This document shows positions 58,544-64,000 of a stretch of DNA of 64,000 nt, in pieces. A program made the position numbers and the translations under genes. Origin of the DNA: Candidatus Dadabacteria bacterium (lineage in GTDB: Bacteria; Desulfobacterota_D; UBA1144; Nemesobacterales; CSP1-2); assembly GCA_963805855.1 (NCBI GenBank), contig CAWDVW010000002.1, positions 160,001 to 224,000 on the forward strand. Reading direction: 5' to 3'. The notes under the pieces are model-generated. The model was not told where the DNA came from, ran no database searches, and worked only from the letters and a program-made list of their open reading frames with translations. Within the stretch, counting starts at the first letter, position 1, and every line of letters begins with the position of its first letter.

Positions 58544-59647
58544 TTGTCCAAGAAATTAGTCGGAATAGTTTTCGGTGGTAGGTCTGTCGAACACGAAATC
58601 TCTCTGCTATCTGCCAGGTCAATCATAAAAAATATTGACTCCGACAGATTCCATATCTTCCCGATATTTATTATGAAAGACGGCAGTTGGAGAAAAGCCT
58701 CGATAGAGGACTGGATAGGCCGGGGGAATATTACAATTTCTGATTCTACCTTTCTTGCTCCTTCCTTAGACCCTCAGAAGCCTGTTTTTTATGAAATTGA
58801 AGATAAAAAGATCAGACAGGAGCACAAACTCGATGTCTTATTCCCAATTTTGCATGGAACATATGGAGAGGACGGGACCGTTCAAGGTATGTTTGAGCTA
58901 ATGGGAATACCATTTGTTGGATCCTCGGTACTTGGTTCATCGGTTGGTATGGATAAGATAGCTATGAAAGCAATATTTAGAGACTCCGGTATACCAGTCG
59001 TTGAATTCATTGGATTCAATAAGTCGGATTGGACAAGACAAAAAGAAATAGTTAAAAAAAGAATTCAGAGCGAAATTGGCATTCCCTGCTTTGTTAAGTC
59101 AGCAAATTTGGGCTCAAGCGTGGGGATAACGAAGGTTAAATCAGAAAATGAGTTGGAAAAAGCAGTGGATTTCGCCTGTGAATTTTCAAACAAAATAATA
59201 GTGGAAAAGGCTGTCTTAAATCCTAGAGAGATTGAAGTTAGCGTCTTAGGAAATGAAGAACCGGTTGTCTCATTGCCTGGAGAAATAATTCCACATAGGG
59301 AATTTTATGACTACAAAGCAAAATACACTGAGAAAGGAACAAAACTGGTGGCTCCGGCCAAGCTTAATGAAGAAGTAACTGAGAATATTCAAAAACTCGC
59401 AATTAAGGGATTCAAAGCAACGGATTGTTTTGGCATGGCCAGAGTAGATTTTCTCATGGAAAAAAGCACAGAAAATATTTTCGTAAGCGAGTTGAACACG
59501 ATTCCGGGATTCACACAAATAAGCATGTATCCAAAACTCTGGGAAGTCAGCGGTATCAGCTATAAGGATCTTATTTCGAGGTTAATAGATCTGGCCTTTG
59601 ACAGACATGAAAACTTGAAAAAGCTCAAGACTGATTTTAAAGATTAG
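58544..59647 (+). CDS. ddl: D-alanine--D-alanine ligase
   Basis: GGRSVEHEISL, LHGTYGEDG, GSSVG, FYDYKAKY, ELNTIPGFT. Confidence 0.96.
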   Translation: MSKKLVGIVFGGRSVEHEISLLSARSIIKNIDSDRFHIFPIFIMKDGSWRKASIEDWIGRGNITISDSTFLAPSLDPQKPVFYEIEDKKIRQEHKLDVLFPILHGTYGEDGTVQGMFELMGIPFVGSSVLGSSVGMDKIAMKAIFRDSGIPVVEFIGFNKSDWTRQKEIVKKRIQSEIGIPCFVKSANLGSSVGITKVKSENELEKAVDFACEFSNKIIVEKAVLNPREIEVSVLGNEEPVVSLPGEIIPHREFYDYKAKYTEKGTKLVAPAKLNEEVTENIQKLAIKGFKATDCFGMARVDFLMEKSTENIFVSELNTIPGFTQISMYPKLWEVSGISYKDLISRLIDLAFDRHENLKKLKTDFKD

Positions 59648-60341
59648 TATGTTTTATCCGGAGCATAAAATTGCTCCCCCTTAAAAACTCAAACCCCACC
59701 TCAACAATGCTGGCTTCGAACCCGGTTTGTTTAAGATCATTTATGAGCCTGTCCATATATGGGTAAATCCTCGCGTTCATTGACTGCAGAGGGTAAATCC
59801 TGACCTCGCTGGAACACACCCTGTTTAATTCAAGGATGGAATTTAAGTGAAATTCATAGTCCAATTTATCGTCATAAATAAATAGAAAGTGTGCCGATAT
59901 TACCAACTCGAAGCTTCTGTCGGGAAATGGCAGAATAGGTAATGAAGCTTTCACATACCTCTCTTCTTCAAGACCTATTTGAAAATCCTCTTCGAATAAT
60001 TTCAATGCACGAGTTCTTGACTCTTTTACATCCTCTACCGAGGAATAGTAATCCCATTTGAATAGATGCGTCTTTTCAGACAGTCGTTCAATAACATGTG
60101 ATATGTCCTTTAAGCCCTTATTCACCAATTGTTTCAGAGGTAAGTCATAAGAGGAGTCACAACCAACCGCTCTAATCCCCATTCTATTTGCCTCTGCCAC
60201 AAATGAAGAGGGACCGGAAGGGCAATCCAGCACTTTCGAACCTTTAAGAGATTCGATATCAAGATCGAGAAACTCTTTATACTCCGATAGGGTTCTGCCC
60301 ACGAAGACAACCCTATCTATATCGAGCCTGTCATTGTCCAT
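59637..60341 (-). CDS. class I SAM-dependent methyltransferase
   Basis: VLDCPSGPSSF, LPFPDRSFELVISAHFLF, EVRIYP. Confidence 0.85.
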   Translation of the reverse strand: MDNDRLDIDRVVFVGRTLSEYKEFLDLDIESLKGSKVLDCPSGPSSFVAEANRMGIRAVGCDSSYDLPLKQLVNKGLKDISHVIERLSEKTHLFKWDYYSSVEDVKESRTRALKLFEEDFQIGLEEERYVKASLPILPFPDRSFELVISAHFLFIYDDKLDYEFHLNSILELNRVCSSEVRIYPLQSMNARIYPYMDRLINDLKQTGFEASIVEVGFEFLRGSNFMLRIKHTNL

Positions 60342-60426
60342 AGCGAAAGTCAGAATTCTTCAATTGAACGAAAGGTTCTATCGAATCTAGAATGAAAAAT
60401 CAATAAGAATTAAAATAACAATCCCA

Positions 60427-61398
60427 TTATTCATGCTCGAGGACGTCAGCCTTCGCCCCCCTGAAAATAACCAGGAAAACAACTCCGGTTACTATACACA
60501 CTCCACCTGCAAGTTTTACCAAAGAGGGCAAGTCCCCAAAAATGAGATATGAAAAAAGGACGACGAAAAGCGACTCCAATGGCATTACGGCGGTAGATCG
60601 AGATACGTCAAGAAGCTTTATGGACTGGAACTGACTCGTTTTTGCAATAAATGCTCCAGAAATACCCCCCAAAGTCATGAACAAAACATCTAGCAGACTG
60701 GGCATCTCAAACGTACCTGTGACTGTCAGGTAAATAAATACGACTATTGAAACGCCGAGAGCTCTAAGGCTTGCAACCGTGAGCATATTCAAATCCTGTG
60801 CAATCTTCTTTATTAGAAAAGATAATATTGAGTAGAAAAAAGCCGAGATAAGAGCCAACAACGTCCCCATTAACAGATATCCCTCTTTTTGGTAAGAAAC
60901 AATGACTGCTCCCAATATTGTGATAATGATTCCAAAAAGCTCCCATCTATTTAATCTCTCACCCAAGAAGATAAAACCAAGCATCAAAGTAAACAAGGTC
61001 TGTGATTTCATTAGAAACGACGTGAGAGGAGGACCAATAATCCATATCGAGGTAATCCACAAAGCAGCACCGACGGCAGTCAGGATTGAACTGTAAACAA
61101 ATATCGGGAAATACCTGCGGACCCCCCTGATCTCCAATCTTTGAGAAGGAAGCCAAACAACGACAAGCGAGGAGCATAGAAATGCGCCAAAGAACCAGAA
61201 AAAAACGGTTGTTTCGGGACTAAATTCATTATTTATCGCTTTTCCAAAGATATAGGAAAGGGAAGTGAAGAACGCCGAACATACAAGGAACAAATATCCT
61301 TTTATTGGAAACGCCTTATTATTTATTTGTAATATTATGACTGATATCCTTTGAAACCAGCTTACAAAACCTTTTCTTCTTGCCTGCTCCACCACCAT
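60427..61398 (-). CDS. EamA/DMT family transporter (start uncertain)
   Basis: About 10 TM segments in two repeats; FLGERL. Confidence 0.85.
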   Translation of the reverse strand: MVVEQARRKGFVSWFQRISVIILQINNKAFPIKGYLFLVCSAFFTSLSYIFGKAINNEFSPETTVFFWFFGAFLCSSLVVVWLPSQRLEIRGVRRYFPIFVYSSILTAVGAALWITSIWIIGPPLTSFLMKSQTLFTLMLGFIFLGERLNRWELFGIIITILGAVIVSYQKEGYLLMGTLLALISAFFYSILSFLIKKIAQDLNMLTVASLRALGVSIVVFIYLTVTGTFEMPSLLDVLFMTLGGISGAFIAKTSQFQSIKLLDVSRSTAVMPLESLFVVLFSYLIFGDLPSLVKLAGGVCIVTGVVFLVIFRGAKADVLEHE

Positions 61399-62297
61399 GC
61401 AAGTGCGGAGCCGGATATATTATGCCAGACACTGAACATCGCAGCAGGGAGCGCTGCCAGTGCCCCGAAATATGCCCCAGCCAACGCAACCCCTAACCCT
61501 GAATTCTGCATACCAACCTCTATCGAAACCGCTTTCGCCTTTTTCATGTTCATACCTACAAGCCTGGCTAGTCCGAAACCAACAGCCAGTCCCAAGACAT
61601 TATGGATTATTACAACAAGACCGGTTCTAAGGCCGACGCCGGAAATGGATTCCGCATTGGCTGCCACTATGACCCCGACAATGAAAATTATTACAGCAGA
61701 GGACACAAGAGGAAGAAATTCAACAGCGCGCATGACCTTTTCTCCGTATAAGGCCTTCATTCCAAGACCAAGCGCAATTGGTAAAATAATTATTTTGGTA
61801 GCAGTAATAAAAAGTTTAAAGGCGGGTACGTCTATCCATTGCCCTGCATAAATATATGTAAGAAGCGGAGTCAATACAGGGGACATGATAGTCGAAACTG
61901 AAGTCAACGTTACCGAGAGAGCGACATCTCCTCTAGCCAGGAAAGTGATCACGTTCGATGCCGTCCCGCCGGGGCACGATCCCACAAGCACCACTCCTGC
62001 TGCAAGTAATGGCTTGAGACCGAAAATATTGGAAAGAACAAATCCTGCCAGAGGCATGAACCCGTACTGGAGAAAAAATCCAACAGCAACATCCAGAGGC
62101 CTGAGCAGTACTCTCTTAAAATCTTGGCCGCTGAGGGTAGTATCCATTCCAAACATAATTACACCCAGGGCGACGGGGATGAGATATATGAGTTTTCTAA
62201 AAGGATCGGGATAGAGGTATGTAAAGATCGAGAATCCGATAATCCAGAATGTGAAGTAACGCGTAATCAGGCTGTTCAAAAATCTGAGGATTATCAA
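61362..62297 (-). CDS. bile acid:sodium symporter family protein
   Basis: GSCPGGTASNV, GDVALSV, SIEVGMQNSGLG, WHNISG. Confidence 0.93.
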   Translation of the reverse strand: MIILRFLNSLITRYFTFWIIGFSIFTYLYPDPFRKLIYLIPVALGVIMFGMDTTLSGQDFKRVLLRPLDVAVGFFLQYGFMPLAGFVLSNIFGLKPLLAAGVVLVGSCPGGTASNVITFLARGDVALSVTLTSVSTIMSPVLTPLLTYIYAGQWIDVPAFKLFITATKIIILPIALGLGMKALYGEKVMRAVEFLPLVSSAVIIFIVGVIVAANAESISGVGLRTGLVVIIHNVLGLAVGFGLARLVGMNMKKAKAVSIEVGMQNSGLGVALAGAYFGALAALPAAMFSVWHNISGSALAWWWSRQEEKVL

Positions 62298-62436
62298 AGC
62301 GTTATTTAAGAGGAAGCATTTTTAATGGCTGCGAAAAACTACATAAGATAATAAATGCTGTCAAACGATAAAAAAGAGAAATTTGGGCGGGTATAGCGTT
62401 TTTGTTCTGAAAAAGATCATTTAATTTACGGGTAGA

Positions 62437-62580
62437 TCACGAGTCCCTTCGATTGGACTCAGGGCATGCTTGCTCGTGACAATCGATCGTTTCCGGGTAG
62501 GCAACAAGTCTTGCTCGTTGTAAATTATCGCACCAGCAACCCTTCGAATTCGCTCAGGACAGGAACCGGTGGGCTACCCA
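62437..62580. repeat. two CTTCGA..CTCAG elements nested in other inverted repeats
   Basis: cccttcgattggactcaggg (62445-62464) lies within tcacgag..ctcgtga; cccttcgaattcgctcaggac at 62540-62560. Confidence 0.7.
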
Positions 62581-62753
62581 ATAACCGCAAAATATTTTTT
62601 TCGTTTGAGAGCAGTGTATCAGGGGTGATATTTCATGGTTCAAGCAATTTTCAGATGTCGAGAAATCCCGTCCGTCCGGGTGCGGCTCTTGCGAGAATAC
62701 TTAATCGTATTTTCCCCGAGGTCGAACACCGTTCCGACTAAAGTCCTGGGAAA

Positions 62754-63176
62754 TCACTTTTTCTCAGGTGGGGGTTGATCTACAGCTATGGCGAGCCTTG
62801 AAAAACCGTTTGTCTTTACAGTATCCATCGCCTCAACGACACGACCGTGAGTCACCGAGCTATCTGCTCGTATGATTACCAGAGAATCTTTATCCTTTTT
62901 TTCTTTCAATTTTTGTGAAAGATTGGCCAGTGTGATTACCTTATCATTCAGGTAGGTTTTTCCATCGGCCGTGAGATTTATTGTAAATTCTTCGGCCTTT
63001 ACGGGCTCAGCAGATGCGGCCTTTGGGAGCTTCACATTAATTCCCCCGGAAGTAACGGCGAAATTAAGAGAAAGCGCAAAGAATATGAGCAGATTGAAAA
63101 CTACATCTACTATAGGTGTTAGATCAAGTGTGCTGGCTAAACCCTTCTTTGATTCATCCTCTTTTCGAAATCTCAC
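62754..63176 (-). CDS. exbD: biopolymer transport protein ExbD/TolR
   Basis: LTPIVDVVFNLLIFF, VIIRAD..V.HG.VV..MD. Confidence 0.92.
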   Translation of the reverse strand: MRFRKEDESKKGLASTLDLTPIVDVVFNLLIFFALSLNFAVTSGGINVKLPKAASAEPVKAEEFTINLTADGKTYLNDKVITLANLSQKLKEKKDKDSLVIIRADSSVTHGRVVEAMDTVKTNGFSRLAIAVDQPPPEKK

Positions 63177-63853
63177 CCGACGACCTCTCTAGTTTGCTCC
63201 CTTCTATCTTTCGCGATAACAATCTCTTCCATAATGCTCGTCCCTTCCTCTTCCATTTCCGCTGTAATGTCTCCAGCCTTTCCAGAGGTGTATTTGTAGG
63301 CTATAAACGCTGGAATAGCAACCAAAAGCCCAAGGGCAGTAGTGTAAAGCGCCTCCGAGATACCGCCTGCAAGACTTGGAGGATTGACAATCGGTTGTTC
63401 GGCGATAACCCTGAATATCTTTATCATTCCAGATATCGTTCCTAGTAGACCCAATAGAGTGCTGACATTACTTATAGCGCCAAGGCCCTCAATATATCTC
63501 GAGAGATCGCTCGACTCTTTTCTACCCGATTCTTCGATTTTTTCCTTTAGTTCATCTTTGGGTCTGTCATAATAGTCAAGAGCAGTCGAAGCTATTCTTG
63601 CTATAGGCGAATCATTTGCACGCGACAATACCCTTGCATCGCCAAACTTGCCTTGGGAGATCAACTCATAAAGCATCCTCAAAAACTGTTCAGGAATTAT
63701 CTTTTTCTGCCTGAGAATCCAGATCTTTTGCAGGAAAATTGCCAGCCCCACAACCGAGCAAAGCATTATGGGATACATAAAGAATCCACCTTTCCTAACA
63801 AACTCCAGAAAACTACTCTCCCATATCATAAGAACCTCCGTGAATCTGAACAA
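63173..63853 (-). CDS. exbB: MotA/TolQ/ExbB proton channel protein
   Basis: LLGLLGTISGMI, GGISEALYTTALGLLVAIP. Confidence 0.92.
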   Translation of the reverse strand: MFRFTEVLMIWESSFLEFVRKGGFFMYPIMLCSVVGLAIFLQKIWILRQKKIIPEQFLRMLYELISQGKFGDARVLSRANDSPIARIASTALDYYDRPKDELKEKIEESGRKESSDLSRYIEGLGAISNVSTLLGLLGTISGMIKIFRVIAEQPIVNPPSLAGGISEALYTTALGLLVAIPAFIAYKYTSGKAGDITAEMEEEGTSIMEEIVIAKDRREQTREVVG

Positions 63854-64000
63854 ATATCATGATGAATATAGCTGCTCTAGTCTGAGAACGCTCTAAAAGG
63901 ATATACATTGGGTATCCTTAGGTCAATAATGATTTACGGCTCAAATTTTTCCACTAGGTAATCTATCAGGAAAAAGGTTTAATACTATCCACGGCCTCTG

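Overview
A ~40% GC bacterial chromosomal window; gene content tentatively suggests a Deltaproteobacteria/Dadabacteria-like lineage, which I cannot verify. It is mostly housekeeping: gyrB, dcd, pheS, tgt-yajC-secD-secF, dapB, sucD, hisS, nuoG-nuoH, ddl, exbBD, tRNA-Val, and a minus-strand 16S-tRNA(Ile)-tRNA(Ala)-23S operon with no 5S gene behind it. It also holds a glycosyltransferase/asnB surface-polysaccharide cluster and two small accessory islands. Main observations: (1) a ParE-family toxin/antitoxin plus DUF805 island sits directly behind gyrB and is closed by a second, mostly synonymously diverged copy of the last ~40 gyrB codons. (2) Many short palindromic intergenic repeat families occur, and two of them also appear inside the rRNA genes: a CCCTTCGACAAGCTCAGGG element at the tip of 16S helix 44 and a GTAG-type REP hairpin at the tip of 23S helix 25. 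The first element is also nested inside other intergenic hairpins. (3) A duplicated sigma70 promoter with an internal palindrome precedes two unrelated accessory genes. (4) Several proteins are probable pseudo-enzymes or have altered active sites: an M3-like peptidase without HExxH, an HDAC without the catalytic Tyr, and an AsnB without Cys1. (5) Normally conserved operons are widely fragmented. All product calls come from motif recognition, not database searches.
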